The notes beneath the pieces were generated by a model, which saw only the letters and a list, made by a program, of their open reading frames with translations, was not told where the DNA came from and ran no database searches. Below, in pieces: positions 37,798 through 53,751 of a DNA stretch of 64,000 bases. The stretch comes from Eledone cirrhosa (taxonomy: Eukaryota), in the NCBI GenBank assembly GCA_964016885.1, contig OZ024766.1, positions 5,828,001-5,892,000 on the forward strand. The letters run 5' to 3'. Position numbers and translations under genes: made by a program. The stretch's first letter is position 1. Each line of letters opens with the position of its first letter.

Positions 37798-37847
37798 TTT
37801 AAGAATGATGTGATGATGATGACAATATATATACATCGGCTACTTAC

Positions 37848-37925
37848 AATGTTAGGTCGGAAGGGAGGCTCAATCTTCCGCTCAGCAAGATCTTTCCAGT
37901 TGATGTGTCGGAAAAATGGATGTTG
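37848..37925 (-). CDS. RPS6KB1: S6K exon ([26 protein letters not shown])
   Basis: tttccag acceptor and gtaagt donor; 78 nt; HPFFRHINW and PPFxP mark the start of the AGC tail. Confidence 0.96.
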
Positions 37926-37949
37926 CTGGAAATAGAGAGAAATACATAT

Positions 37950-37990
<41 letters not shown>

Positions 37991-38841
37991 GACATATATA
38001 TACACACAGACACACAGACATATATATATTTACACACATATATATATATACACAAACACACATATATATATATATATATACACACAGACACACATATATA
38101 TACACACATATATGTATATACACACACACAGACATATATATATATATACACACATATATATATACACACAGACACAGACATATATATACACAAACACACA
38201 TATATATATACACACACAGACACAGACATATATATACACATATATATATATACACACACAGACATATATATATATACACACATATATATATATATATATA
38301 TACACAAACACACACATATATATATACACACACAGACACACAGACATATATATATATACACACAGACAGACAGACATATATATATACACACACACACACA
38401 AACAGACATATATATATAGATACACACACACATGCATATATACATAAACACACACGCATATATATATACACACACACACACATATATACACACACGCATA
38501 TATACATAAACACACACGCATATATATACACATACATATATACATACACATATTTAAAAACATTCATATATATATAGACATATACACATGTGTGTGTGTG
38601 TGTGTGTGTGTGTGAAGGCATGTGGCTGAGTGGTTAGAGAATTAAATTCACAATCATGAGGTTGTGAGTTCAATTCTTAGACCGGGTGATGCGTTATGTC
38701 CTTGAGCAAGACACTTTATTTCAGTTGCGACCGATTGATAGTATTAGCAACTGAAAGGACCAATGGAAACATTGTTTCCTCGGTCCGATTTGACTAAAGT
38801 CGATCGATCTTTATATATATGTGCGTGTGTGTTTATATTTA

Positions 38842-38886
<45 letters not shown>

Positions 38887-39228
38887 TCATCATCATTTCA
38901 TTTTACGTCCACTTTTCCCTGCTTGCAAGGGTGGGACGGGAACTGATTCTGGCTTGATCTCTACAGCTGGATGCCCTTCCTAACACCAACCTCATTTACA
39001 GTGAGTGCTGGGTGCTTTTTTGCCGTGGCACCTCCACGACCACTTTACAGTGGAATGATAGGGACCCCAGTCCCTATCATCTCATTTCTACAGCTGAGTA
39101 AACTGGAGCAATGTGAAATAAAGTGTCTTGCTCAAGGAAACAACACATCACCCGGTCTGTGTGTATGTGTATATATATATATATATACACACATATATAT
39201 ATATACACACATATATATATATATACAC

Positions 39229-39261
<33 letters not shown>

Positions 39262-39845
39262 CATATATATATACACATATATATATATACACATATATAT
39301 ATATATACACACATATATATATATATATATATACACATATATATATATATATACACATATATATATATATACACATATATATATATATATATACACATAT
39401 ATATATATATACACATATATATATATACACATATATATATATATACACATATATATATATATATACACATATATATATATATATATACACATATATATAT
39501 ATATATACACATATATATATATATATACACACATATATATACACACATATATATATACACATATATATACACACATATATATATACACATATATATATAT
39601 ATATACACATATATATACACACATATATATATATATATACACATATATATACACACATATATATACACATATATATATATATAATATATATACACACATA
39701 CACAAATATACATATACAACAGACATACACATATCCACACAAATACATATATACACATATATATACACATATATGTGTGTGTTTGTGCATAGAACAATGA
39801 AAAAAAATGTATTTATACATATATACACACACACACACATATATG

Positions 39846-39888
<43 letters not shown>

Positions 39889-40046
39889 ATATATATATGT
39901 ACATTTATACATGTGTATATACACATACATATATGTACACCACTAGTCTGGTAGTAAGAGAGAAAGCATGCTTGAAAGAGAGAGTGAGAGAGAGGGAAAG
40001 AAAGAGAGAGAGAGAAAGAGGGAAAGATAGAGAGAGAGAAAGAGGG

Positions 40047-40083
<37 letters not shown>

Positions 40084-40516
40084 AAGAAAGAGAGAGAGAG
40101 GGAAAGAAAGAGAGAGAGAGAGGGAGAAAGAGGGAGGGAGAGAGAGAGAGACAGTGAGAGAGAGGGAAAGAGAGAGAGACAGAGAGAGAGGGAAAGAAAG
40201 AAAGAGAGAGAGAGAAAGAGGGAAAGATAGAGAGAGAGACAGTGAGAGAAAGGGAAAGAAAGAGAGAGACAGAGAGAGAGGGGGAAAGAAAGAGAGAGAG
40301 AGGGAAAGAAAGAGAGAGAGAGAAAGAGGGAAAGATAGAGGATGAGACAGTGAGAGAGAGGGAAAGAAAGAGAGAGAGAGACAGAGAGAGAGGGGGAAAG
40401 AGAGAGAGAAAGAGGGAAAGAGAGAGTGAGAGAGAGGGAAAGAAAGAGAGAGAGAGAGACAGAGAGAGAGAGAGGGAAAGAAAGAGAGAGAGAGAGACAG
40501 AGAGAGAGAGAGGGAA

Positions 40517-40547
<31 letters not shown>

Positions 40548-40701
40548 TAGAGAGAGAGAGAGCATCTATCTACCTCCTGGCTAGGAAGCTAGTCTACCAC
40601 AGCACAAAGTTACGTGATCTAAGGAAGGCGAGTGTAGAAGCATAGGCAGAGGTTTAAGTCCTCGGTTGGCAGAGTTTGTGTTGTTTATGTGTGATATAGA
40701 C

Positions 40702-41385
40702 CAGCCATGTCACACTGAGGGTCCCCCGAGGGTCACGTGTGTGTTGTCTGGGGCCACATGGGTCACATGTGTGTTGTCTGAGGCCACATGGATCACATAT
40801 GTGCTGTCTGAGGGCCACATGTGTGCTGTCTGAGGGCCACATGTGTTGTCTGTGGGCCACGTGTTGTCTGAGGGTCACATGTGTGTTGTCTGAGGGTCAT
40901 ATGTGTGTTGTCTGAAGGCCACGTGTTGTCTGAGGGTCACATATGTGTTGTCTGAAGGCCACATGTCTTGTCTGAGGGTCACATGTGTGTTGTCTGAAGG
41001 CCACATGTGTTGTCTGAGGGTCACATATGTGTTGTCTAAGGGCCACATGTGTTGTCTGAGGGCCACATGTGTTGTCTGAGGGTCACATGTGTTGTCTGAG
41101 GGTCACATGTGTTGTCTGAGGGCCACACATGTTGTCTGAGGGTCACACATGTTGTCTGAGGGCCACATATGTTGTCCGAGGGTCACATATGTGTTGTCCG
41201 AGGGCCACATGTGTTGTCTGAGGGCCACACAAGACAACTAATTGTGCACATTACAACTAATTTTTTAATTTTATTTTATATTACAAAGATAAAACATGTT
41301 TGCTCTGTAAAACCCTCTGTGTGGGCCCCAGGTGTGTTTGTAAAGGGTTGCATGTGGCCCGCAGGCCACATGTTTGTCATGCCTG
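40702..41385. mobile_element. hAT-type MITE containing a ~20-bp minisatellite (40735-41230)
   Basis: Imperfect TIRs CAGCCATGTCACAC / CAGGCATGACAAAC; flanks atatagac / gtgtagag resemble a degenerate 8-bp NTNTAGAN TSD. Confidence 0.55.
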
Positions 41386-41454
41386 GTGTAGAGCAAGGCT
41401 GCATGGGGTCGCATGGTAGCAAGACGTGTGGTGGGGTCTGTGTGAATGTGTGAC

Positions 41455-41685
41455 ATGGGCACAGTGCCATAAGCTGAGCTGAGCGGAGGGGCAAACCTAG
41501 TGAACCCAGTGTGTCCAGGGCTTACATATGTGAGTGTGAGTGTGTGTAAAGGTGCTGGGCAGTGGCACAGTGCCATAAGCTGAGCTGAGCGGAGGGGAAA
41601 ACCTAGTGAACCCAGTGTGTCCAGGGCTTACATATGTGAGTGTGAGTGTGTGTAAAGGTGCTGGGCAGTGGCACAGTGCCATAAG
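41455..41685. repeat. ~110-bp direct duplication
   Basis: ggcacagtgccataagctgagctgagcggagggg..aaaggtgctgggcagt repeated. Confidence 0.85.
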
Positions 41686-41733
41686 CAGAGCGGTGGAGCT
41701 GAGAGGAGGATTATATAAACTTAGTCAACCGAC

Positions 41734-41781
41734 CTTTATAGGCGTGGCATCGTTATGGTCTGGTAAGCTCCTCCTTAGATG
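41734..41781 (-). CDS. candidate alternative S6K exon C (HLRRSLPDHNDATPIK)
   Basis: ctcctttccttttatag acceptor and gtcggt donor; 48 nt, phase 0/0, no stop; ends D-A-T-P-I-K like exon A (D-S-K-P-I-K). Confidence 0.55.
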
Positions 41782-41865
41782 CTATAAAAGGAAAGGAGAG
41801 AGAGAGAGGCAGACAGATAGAGAGAGACTGAGAGAGATATACATAGATAGAGTGAGAGAGAGATA

Positions 41866-41901
<36 letters not shown>

Positions 41902-41956
41902 CTGAGAGAGAGAGATAAATATATATATATATAGAGAGAGACTGAGAGAGAGATAA

Positions 41957-42035
<79 letters not shown>

Positions 42036-42276
42036 TATGTTTCTTTATTAGCCACAGGGGCACAAAAGAAGGGGACAAATACAAAGGGGGAAGTTTACAT
42101 ACAATAAAAACGGTGTAAAATATTATCACAAATGCAAATTTAAAAATTAATCGATTTTCCCCAATAGGGGGAGACAGTTCATATGGGTAACACATACCCC
42201 CGAAAAAATGTGCAACCCTCAGAGAGATAGATAGATAGATAGAGTGAGCGAGAGAGATAAATATATATATATATAG

Positions 42277-42357
<81 letters not shown>

Positions 42358-43019
42358 TAGAGTGAGAGAGAGAGATACATAGATAAATAGAGTGAGAGAG
42401 AGATAAATATATATATATATATATAGAGAGAGAGATAGATAGATAGATAGATAGAGTGAGCGAGAGAGAGAGATACATAGATAGAGTAAGAGAAATAAAT
42501 ATATATATATAGAGAGAGAGATAGATAAATAGATAGAGTGAGAGATAAATATATATATAGAGAGAGAGAGAAATAGAGTGAGAGAGAGATAAAAATATAT
42601 ATATATATAGAAAGAGAGAGATAAAGTGAGAGAGAGATAAATATATATATATATATAGAGAGAGAGAGCGAGACATATAAAGAGAGAAAAATACAGATAT
42701 ACAAAATAAAAAAGTGAGTGCTGTGACTACACCACAGCATAGACTACACTGTTAACAGTGTAGTGTACACTACACTTAATACACTGCAGTGTACACTACA
42801 CGTAATACACTACAGCACTGCAGTGTACACTACACTGTATTAACACTGCTGTGACTACTACTACTACTACAAGAACACTGCAATCTAGACTGTAATAACA
42901 CTACAGTGTAACAACTACACTACACTGCAGTGTACACTACATCTACACTGCTGTCTACACTACACACACAAAAAAACACACACAGTGCTTCTATAAACAT
43001 GTGATGGTGGCAGATACAC

Positions 43020-45330
43020 ACACACACACACTTCCACACATAGCCATACACATACACACACAGCTACTCAAACATACACACACATAGATATACACATACA
43101 CACACAGCTACTCAAACATACACACACATAGATATACACATACACACGCAGCTACTCAAACATACACACACAGCTACTCAAACATACACACATATACACA
43201 CACACACACATCTACTCAAACATAGCTATACATATACATACACACACTTCCACACATCGCTATACAAATACACACACACACAGCTACTGAGCTATACACA
43301 TACACACATACAGCTACTCAAACACACACACACACTGCCTTATATAGCTACAAACACACACATACTGAGCTATACAAATACACACACACACCTACTGAGC
43401 TATATACAGATATACACACACACACACACAGCTACTGAGCTATACACATACACACATACAGCTACTCAAACACACACACACTGCCTTATATAGCTACAAA
43501 CACACACATACTGAGCTATACAAATACACACACACACAGCTACTGAGCTATACACATACACACATACAGCTACTCAAACACACACAGATACACACACACA
43601 CTGCCTTATATAGCTACAAACACACACATACTGAGCTATACAAATACACACACACACAGCTACTGAGCTATACACATACACACATACAGCTACTCAAACA
43701 CACACAGATACACACACACACTGCCTTATATAGCTACAAACACACACATACTGAGCTATACAAATACACACACACACAGCTACTGAGCTATACACATACA
43801 CACATACAGCTACTCAAACACACACAGATACACACACACACTGCCTTATATAGCTACAAACACACACATACTGAGCTATACAAATACACACACACACAGC
43901 TACTGAGCTATATACATACACACATACAGCTACTCAAACACACAGATACACACACACACTGCCTTATATAGCTACAAACACACATACTGAGCTATACAAA
44001 TACACACACACACACAGCTACTGAGCTATACACATACACACATACAGCTACTCAAACACACACAGATACACACACACACTGCCTTATATAGCTACAAACA
44101 CACACATACTGAGCTATACAAATACACACACACACACACCTACTGAGCTATACACATACACACATACAGCTACTCAAACACACACAGATACACGCACACA
44201 CTGCCTTATATAGCTACAAACACACACATACTGAGCTATACAAATACACACACATACTGAGCTATACAAATACACACACACACACAGCTACTGAGCTATA
44301 CACATACACACATACAGCTACTCAAACACACACAGATACACACACACACTGCCTTATATAGCTACAAACACACACATACTGAGCTATACAAATACACACA
44401 CACACACACACCTACTGAGCTATATACAGATATACACACACACACACACAGCTACTGAGCTATATACATACACACATACAGCTACTCAAACACACACAGA
44501 TACACACACACACTGCCTTATATAGCTACAAACACACATACTGAGCTATACAAATACACACACACACAGCTACTGAGCTATACACATACACACATACAGC
44601 TACTCAAACACACACAGATACACACACACACTGCCTTATATAGCTACAAACACACACATAGAGCTATACAAATACACACACACACACACACCTACTGAGC
44701 TATACACACACACACACACACAGCCACATACAGCTATACATACACACATTGCCTTACATAGGTATACACACTGCCTTATATAGCTACAAACACACATACT
44801 GAGCTATACAAATACACACACACACAGTTACTGAGCTATACACATACACACATACAGCTACTCAAACACACACAGATACACACACACACTGCCTTATATA
44901 GCTACAAACACACACATACTGAGCTATACAAATACACACACACACAGCTACTGAGCTATATACATACACACATACAGCTACTCAAACACACACAGATACA
45001 CACACACACTGCCTTATATAGCTACAAACACACACATACTGAGCTATACAAATACACACACACACAGCTACTGAGCTATATACATACACACATACAGCTA
45101 CTCAAACACACAGATACACACACACACTGCCTTATATAGCTACAAACACACACATAGAGCTATACAAATACACACACACACACACACCTACTGAGCTATA
45201 CACACACACACACACACAGCCACATACAGCTATACATACACACATTGCCTTACATAGGTATACACACTGCCTTATATAGCTACAAACACACATACTGAGC
45301 TATACAAATACATATACACACACACACACA
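43020..45330. repeat. CA-rich ~120-bp higher-order minisatellite
   Basis: Lines repeat with period 120 around 43500-43900 (ctgagctataca / gctactcaaac / ctgccttatatagctac subunits). Confidence 0.9.
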
Positions 45331-45435
45331 CATACTGCCACAGTACCCTCTACACACACACTGCCACCCTAACCTTTACACACACTGCCACCCAGACAAC
45401 TACACACTGCCACCCTAACCTTTACACACACCAAC

Positions 45436-45477
45436 CTTAATAGGACTGGTTTCAGCAACCCCAATTATCTTCAACAG
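45436..45477 (-). CDS. candidate alternative S6K exon B (LLKIIGVAETSPIK)
   Basis: Polypyrimidine tract plus cag, and gttggt donor; 42 nt, phase 0/0, no stop. The first 10 nt are identical to exon A and it also ends PIK. Confidence 0.6.
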
Positions 45478-45497
45478 CTGAGAGTGAGAGAGAGAGG

Positions 45498-45530
<33 letters not shown>

Positions 45531-45531
45531 G

Positions 45532-45562
<31 letters not shown>

Positions 45563-45563
45563 G

Positions 45564-45602
<39 letters not shown>

Positions 45603-45603
45603 G

Positions 45604-45634
<31 letters not shown>

Positions 45635-45635
45635 G

Positions 45636-45666
<31 letters not shown>

Positions 45667-45667
45667 G

Positions 45668-45708
<41 letters not shown>

Positions 45709-45709
45709 G

Positions 45710-45746
<37 letters not shown>

Positions 45747-45747
45747 G

Positions 45748-45778
<31 letters not shown>

Positions 45779-45781
45779 GTG

Positions 45782-45818
<37 letters not shown>

Positions 45819-45819
45819 G

Positions 45820-45850
<31 letters not shown>

Positions 45851-45851
45851 G

Positions 45852-45898
<47 letters not shown>

Positions 45899-45899
45899 G

Positions 45900-45959
<60 letters not shown>

Positions 45960-45998
45960 ATATATATATAGAGAGAGAGAGGTATATATATGATATAT

Positions 45999-46031
<33 letters not shown>

Positions 46032-46058
46032 GTATATATATATAGAGAGAGAGAGAGG

Positions 46059-46206
<148 letters not shown>

Positions 46207-46358
46207 AGGAGAGAGATGGGAGAGAGAAGGTATATATATATACATATATACATATATATATACACACACAATATATATATATAACATTTTGGTGTTGACC
46301 ACCAAACAGTAAGAAAATCCCAAATGTCAGCAGACTGAAATTTAAAATATCACAGATA

Positions 46359-46474
<116 letters not shown>

Positions 46475-46634
46475 AGAGAGAGGGAGGGAGAGAGAGAGGG
46501 AGGGAGAGAGAGAGAGAGGGAGGAGAGATGAGAGGGAGAGAGAGAGAAAGAGAGAGAGAGAAAGAGAGAGAGAGAGTGGGATAGAGAAAGAGGGAGGGAG
46601 AGAGAGACAGAGAGAGAGACAGAGAGAGAGAGAC

Positions 46635-46675
<41 letters not shown>

Positions 46676-47207
46676 CTCACACACAGACAGACAGAGAAAG
46701 AGACACACACACACACAGAGACAGACAGAGAAAGAGAGACTGGCAGACATATAGACTAATCTGACACACACAGACAGAAAGACACACACACACAGCTTAG
46801 AAAACACCTAACATTTATTAAACAGAAAATATATTTTAGGAGAAAAATATTTTGAAAATATAGACAGCTATAAGGTTGAAATATATACTATATATATCAT
46901 CATTTCATTTTACGTCCGCTTTTTCCCTGCTTGCAACGGTGGGACGGGAACTGATTTTGGCTTGGCACCTCCACGACCACTTTGCAGTGGAATGATAGGG
47001 ACCCCAGTCCCTATCATCTCATTTCTACAGCTAAGTAAACTGGAGCAATGTGAAATAAAGTGTCTTGCTCAAGGAAACAACACATCACCCGATCTGAGAA
47101 TTGAACTCACAACCTTTCGATTGCAAGGCCAATGCTCTAACCACTAAGCCATGTGCTTCCATATATATGGATCTCGGGAATTTTACCCGCCTTAGATAGA
47201 TAGATAG

Positions 47208-47279
<72 letters not shown>

Positions 47280-47660
47280 ACATATATCTATATCTATATA
47301 TATACTTTAACTTTAATTATGTCTCATAAAATAATACAACTGGTTTTTCCACATTATACATATTGTTAGCACCCCAAACACTTAAATTGGGTTTATATTT
47401 TAATATAACCTAATGTTTGTTGAGTGAGATGGTTACCAGTCAGAGTTTAGCTTTAAACTATCTCTGTTATTGTATTAAATATATATATATATATATAAGT
47501 ATTAAGGATACTATTTATGGTTATGTATATAATAAAACCTTTTATGGTTATATATTTTTTATACAAACCCCAAATAGTGAAAGATAGTCATTCATTACTA
47601 TCTTATTACCGGTAAGATAAATAGTTCAATGTAATAACATCGGTTGTTTTACAGAGCAGT

Positions 47661-47881
47661 TATATAGAGATTACAATAATCAAAGTTCAGTTTAAATCAT
47701 TTATTTGCTTACAATTGTTTCCTCCAAACCAAGGTTTGGATTCTTTGGAGCAACTATTTAGTGATCTATAACAGTTATAGATCACTAAATAGTTGCTCCG
47801 AAGAATCCAAACCTCGGTTTGGAGGAAACAATTGTAAGCAAATAAATGATTTAAACTGAACTTTGATTATTGTAATATCTC

Positions 47882-47887
<6 letters not shown>
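47661..47887. repeat. palindrome with ~110-bp arms, each carrying a CCGAAGA-type hammerhead-like motif
   Basis: Centre ctataac-a-gttatag at 47766-47780. Confidence 0.9.
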
Positions 47888-47914
<27 letters not shown>

Positions 47915-48481
47915 GTATATATATATATATATATATATATGTAGTATATATTTCAACCTTATAACTGTCTGTATTTTCAAAATATTTTTCTCCTAAAATA
48001 TGCTGAGTAAACTGGAGCAATGTGAAATAAAGTGTCTTGCTCAAGGAAACAACACATCACCCGGTCTGAGAATTGAACTCACAACCTTTCGATTGCAAGG
48101 CCATTGCTCTAACCACTAAGCCATGAGTGCCTCCATTATATATACCATATATATATATGAAAGACGTAAAATAAGAAAATTATAAAAATTAATATATGTA
48201 ATTTCTCAAACATAAAATAAGGGTGTTGGCTTATATATATATATATAATGTGGTATATATATACCACATTATATATATATATATATATACCACATTATAT
48301 ATATATATATAACCCAACACCCTTATTTTATGTCCGAGAAATTTGCAAAAAATCTAAACCCTGTTTAAAAACTGAATAAGCCGATCGAACTCCCCCCCAC
48401 CCCAATCGTCGTCACCCCTATCCCCCACCAACACCCCCGCTGAAAAGTAAAGTGAAATAATATCTGTAAGTGACGACTAAC

Positions 48482-48544
48482 CTTGATTGGTTTGGAGTCA
48501 TCTTTACCTCCGCCTAACCTCTCTTCCGGGTTCTTCTTCAACAG
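48482..48544 (-). CDS. RPS6KB1: S6K exon A (subdomain XI, LLKKNPEERLGGGKDDSKPIK)
   Basis: gtccag acceptor and gttagt donor; 63 nt; carries the invariant subdomain XI Arg (ERLG). Confidence 0.93.
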
Positions 48545-48547
48545 CTG

Positions 48548-49356
48548 GACACACAGACAGATAGACAGATACAGATAGATACAGACAGACAGATAGATAC
48601 AGATAGATACAGATAGATACAGACAGACAGACACACAGACAAACAGATAGATAGATAGACACATGGACATATACATACAGATAGATACAGACAGACAGAC
48701 AGACAGATAGATAGATAGACATACAGACAGACAGACAGACAGATAGATAGATAGACATACAGACAGACAGATAGATACAGACAGACAGACAGACAGATAG
48801 ATAGATACAGACACACAGACAAACAGATAGATAGATAGACACATGGACATATACATACAGATAGATACAGACAGACAGACATACAGATAGATACAGACAG
48901 ACAGACATACAGATAGATAGAGAGACATACAGACAGACACACAGATATACAGACAGACAGACAGATATACAGATAGATACAGACACATAGACACACAGAC
49001 AGACAGATAGATAGACATATAGACAGACAGACAGATAGGCATATAGACAGACAGATAGATAGATAGACATACAGACAGACAGACAGATATACAGATAGAT
49101 ACAGACACATAGACACACAGACAGACAGACAGATAGATAGACATATAGACAGACAGACAGATAGATAGACATATAGATAGACATATAGACATATAGACAG
49201 ACAGACAGACAGATAGACATATAGACAGACAGACAGACAGACAGATAGACATATAGACAGACAGACAGATAGACAGACAGATAGATAGACATATAGACAG
49301 ACAGATAGACACATAGACACACAGACAGACATATAGACAGACAGACAGACAGACAT

Positions 49357-49393
<37 letters not shown>

Positions 49394-49670
49394 TAGACAG
49401 ACATACAGACAGACAGATAGATAGACATATACATACAGATAGATACAGACATATAGACAGACAGACAGACAGATGGACACATAGACAAGCAGACAGACAG
49501 ACAGATGGACACATAGACAGACAGACAGATGGACACATAGACATGTAGATAGACAGACAGACGGACACATAGACAAGCAGACAGACAGACAGATGGACAC
49601 ATAGACAGACAGACAGATGGACACATAGACATGTAGATAGACAGACGGACAAACAGACAGACAGACGGAC
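48548..49670. repeat. (GACA/GATA)n cryptic tetranucleotide tract
   Basis: Visible. Confidence 0.9.
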
Positions 49671-49797
49671 AAAAAGAGAAAAAGAAAAAAAAAGAGATAA
49701 AATTAGTCAATATCCCATTATATAAACATATATAATTATATTAAATTATACAATTGTTAACAAAGAATATATTTCAGAGGATGGTTGAAGGTGTTAC

Positions 49798-49863
49798 CTT
49801 TTTAATAAGGTTCCGTGCTTCGTTCGTCAAATAAGGGGGAAAATTTAGTTTACATTTTAATAT
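49798..49863 (-). CDS. RPS6KB1: S6K exon (ILKCKLNFPPYLTNEARNLIKK)
   Basis: tttgcag acceptor and gtaac donor; 66 nt; matches S6K ILKCKLNLPPYLT. Confidence 0.94.
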
Positions 49864-50068
49864 CTGCAAAGAGAAGAAAAGAACCCCGGAAAAACTTCAT
49901 TAAAATATTTCAGATAATTAACGAGATTCAACAATTTTATACACCAAATTACGGGATTTATTTTAACCTACAACATTTTCAACATATGGATTACATTGAG
50001 TTCTTCATGCAGACTAGACCCCACAACTTACCGTGTATATCTCTGTGTGTGTATATATATATATATAT

Positions 50069-51575
50069 ATCATCATCATCATCATCATACGTCCGCTTTT
50101 CCCTGCTTGCAAGGGTGGGACGGGTCTTATTCAGCACAGCATCTCTCCACTCGTCATGGTCCCTCGTCATCTCCACCGCGAGCTTCAATGATCTGAGGTC
50201 TGTTCTCAGCACCTCCGCCCATGTTTTTCGTGGTCTACCTCTACCACGTCTTCCTTCAACTGGCAATTCCTGGCACTTCTTCACCCATCGGTCATCCTCC
50301 ATGCGCATCACATGTCCATACCACCTCAGTCTCCTCTCTCGTACACTACATTCTATCCCTCTCAGACACAGTTTCTCTCTCAACACATCACATGTCTATA
50401 CCACCCCAGTCTCCTCTCTCGCACACTACATTCTATCCCTCTCAGACACAGTTTCTCTCTCAACACATCACATGTCCATACCACCTCAGTCTCCTCTCCC
50501 ACACACTACATTCTATCCCTCTCAGACACAGTTTCTCTCTCAACTCATCACATGTCCATACCACCGCAGTCTCCTCTCCCGTACACTACATTCTATCCCT
50601 CTCAGACACAGTTTCTCTCTCAACACATCACATGTCCATACCACCTCAGTCTCCTCTCCCGTACACTACATTCTATCCCTCTCAGACACAGTTTCTCTCT
50701 CAACACATCACATGTCCATACCACCTCAGTCTCCTCTCTCGCACACTACATTCTATCCCTCTCAGACACAGTTTCTCTCTCAACACATCACATGTCCATA
50801 CCACCTCAGTCTCCTCTCCCGTACACTACATTCTATCCCTCTCAGACACAGTTTCTCTCTCAACACATCACATGTCCATACCACCTCAGTCTCCTCTCCC
50901 GTACACTACATTCTATCCCTCTCAGACACAGTTTCTCTCTCAACACATCACATGTCCATACCACCTCAGTCTCCTCTCCCGTACACTACATTCTATCCCT
51001 CTCAGACACAGTTTCTCTCTCAGCACATCACATGTCCATACCACCTCAGTCTCCTCTCCCGTACACTACATTCTATCCCTCTCAGACACAGTTTCTCTCT
51101 CAACACATCACATGTCCATACCACCGCAGTCTCCTCTCCCGTACACTACATTCTATCCCTCTCAGACACAGTTTCTCTCTCAGCACATCACATGTCCATA
51201 CCACCTCAGTCTCCTCTCCCGTACACTACATTCTATCCCTCTCAGACACAGTTTCTCTCTCAACACATCACATGTCCATACCACCGCAGTCTCCTCTCCC
51301 ACACACTACATTCTATCCCTCTCAGACACAGTTTCTCTCTCAACACATCAGATGTCCATACCATCTCAGTCTCCTCTCTCGCACACTACATTCTATCCCT
51401 CTCAGACACAGTTTCTCTCTCAACACATCACATGTCCATACCACCTCAGTCTCCTCTCCCGTACACTACATTCTATCCCTCTCAGACACAGTTTCTCTCT
51501 CAGCACATTTATGCTGGGTCGTTCATGCACATTTACACTGCACATCCAACGGAGCATGCTTGCCTCATTTCTCTC
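50069..51575 (-). mobile_element. RTE LINE 3' fragment with a 60-bp array (~20 copies, 50307-51507)
   Basis: Same family as 17290-17961; lines repeat with period 60. Confidence 0.92.
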
Positions 51576-51787
51576 TCTATATATATATATCATAAATCAT
51601 GTCTTTAGAATCATCAAATAAAATATATTCTATTTCTTCTTCTAATTAGCATAATTAACCATATAAAAAATCAATTAGAACAAGCTATAAGAATAAATGC
51701 TCTTATGGAGAAATCTCCGACAAATAACCGAACGTAGCCCCTTTGCGCAGCCTCAATCGAGTATTTATCCAACATTTCGACAGCATG

Positions 51788-51848
<61 letters not shown>

Positions 51849-51891
51849 CAACAATGTCGAAATATTTAAACAAAAACATACAACAACTTAC

Positions 51892-51933
51892 TTTCTCGAT
51901 AGTTTTTTTCCTGTTTACTGATGTGAATGGAGG
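51892..51933 (-). CDS. RPS6KB1: S6K exon (PPFTSVNRKKTIEK)
   Basis: tttcag acceptor and gtaagt donor; 42 nt; matches S6K PPFTxENRKKTIxK. Confidence 0.93.
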
Positions 51934-51969
51934 CTGAAATAATAGAGAATGGAGATTATATATATATAA

Positions 51970-52004
<35 letters not shown>

Positions 52005-52743
52005 GATAGATAGATCTGCCACACTATATAAACAAGACGCACGTGCTTGCCACACATATAACATTTGCATTATATAACCGCTTATCTTCATGTTGTACTT
52101 TAACCTGTATCCTTGATTTTTGATTGTACCTTTTAATATGAATGTAATCTCGAAGTGTGTACTGCCACTCTAAATTCTGTAATGAATGTTGACCCACAAT
52201 ATTTGCATATGTATCGGTATGTCTCTTGGCTGAAAAGGAGGTCATATAACTGTCCATGCATTAATAAATTGCTCCGAAGAATCCAAACCTCGGTTTGGAG
52301 GAAACAGCTGTAAGCACAATAATGTTTTGAACAGCTCTTTGATTCTTATATCTCATATAACTGCTCTGTAAATCATCTGATGTTTTTACATTGAGCTACT
52401 TAACTTACTGGTAATAAGGTAGTAATACATTACTGCCTACCACTATTTAGGGTTTGTATAAAAAATACTTATAACTGCAAAAGGTTTTTGTATTTACATA
52501 ACCATAAATAGTATAACTAATACTATATATATATATATATATACATATATATCGTTCGTCAGACAAGGCAATTTAAAACATCTCAAGAAAGGCAAAAGTT
52601 TAACGGGCAACAAAAAATATATAAATAAAAGTAATGCAAGAGATATAAAAAATAAAATAAGGAAATAGATATATATGCAGAAGGGATATTCAATTTGTTG
52701 GTAATTCAACAAATATATATTTATGAGGGTGATGAACAGATCA

Positions 52744-52911
<168 letters not shown>

Positions 52912-53711
52912 TTATAGCTTGTTATATACATACATACATACATACACACACGTGTGTGTATACATACATGATAGCTGCCCCCTCGTTATCGAGTATGGCC
53001 ATTGCACGATATACCATTATTAATAATTATTAATTAATGTGGATCGGTAGAGGGTCGGACGCCATGCTTTTCAGCATAGTTACGTCCCTTTACGATCTGA
53101 GTTCAAATCCCGCCGAGGTTGACTTTGCCTTTCATCCTTACGGGGTCGATAAAATAAAGTACCAGTAATGCACTGGGTAATTGCTGGCCTTGTGCCTAAA
53201 GTAGAAACAATTAATTAATTAATTAATTAATTAATTAATTAATTCTATCGTGCAATGCCTGTGCGTGAAGATATCTTTTAAAGTGAGGAAAGACTGTGCA
53301 CTGAGCCAATCCCACTCTCTGAGAGACAGTAGCTATAACCTGGAAAGAAGAAAAGATCAACATCATCGGTAACTACTGAGCCGCAGGTTTTATATCGGAG
53401 TTATCCCAGTTTCCTGAGTTGCCTTCTCCTAGAAGAATGCCCTGACAAAGGCTAGGGGTCCTTCACTCCCAGTGGTTTACTCGTGCGGTACATGTGTATA
53501 TACATATTTACACACTTTTGGATGGCTGTTGACTCTTATCAGTTCTTCCGCCCTTTGTCAGGTTTTGTTTTTTGTCCTGCAGGGTGTCCAAAGTAACCCT
53601 CCTCACCAAGTAAACTTGGTGGGGTTGCCGGTTTAGTCGCCGACGACCCGACCCGACCATGCGACAGGTTGTACTGGGTTACATGTTACCAGTAGCACTC
53701 AAGAGTGACCT

Positions 53712-53751
<40 letters not shown>

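Noticed and set aside
37930-40565. Many long Y/I/C/V/S/L ORFs here and elsewhere
   Set aside because: Dinucleotide microsatellite translations with no coding signal.
42038-42222. Unique island with AATAAA on the minus strand in an S6K intron
   Set aside because: Looks like a short LINE 3' end embedded in (GA)n; no evidence that it is an exon or a used polyA site.
46300-46334. Unique island with a tttcag acceptor between PIK exons A and B
   Set aside because: Nearby GT donors are weak and give 32 or 35 nt (frameshifting); no similarity to the PIK exons.
49815-51621. 597/466/427-aa ORFs
   Set aside because: Antisense of an RTE 60-bp array inside an S6K intron.
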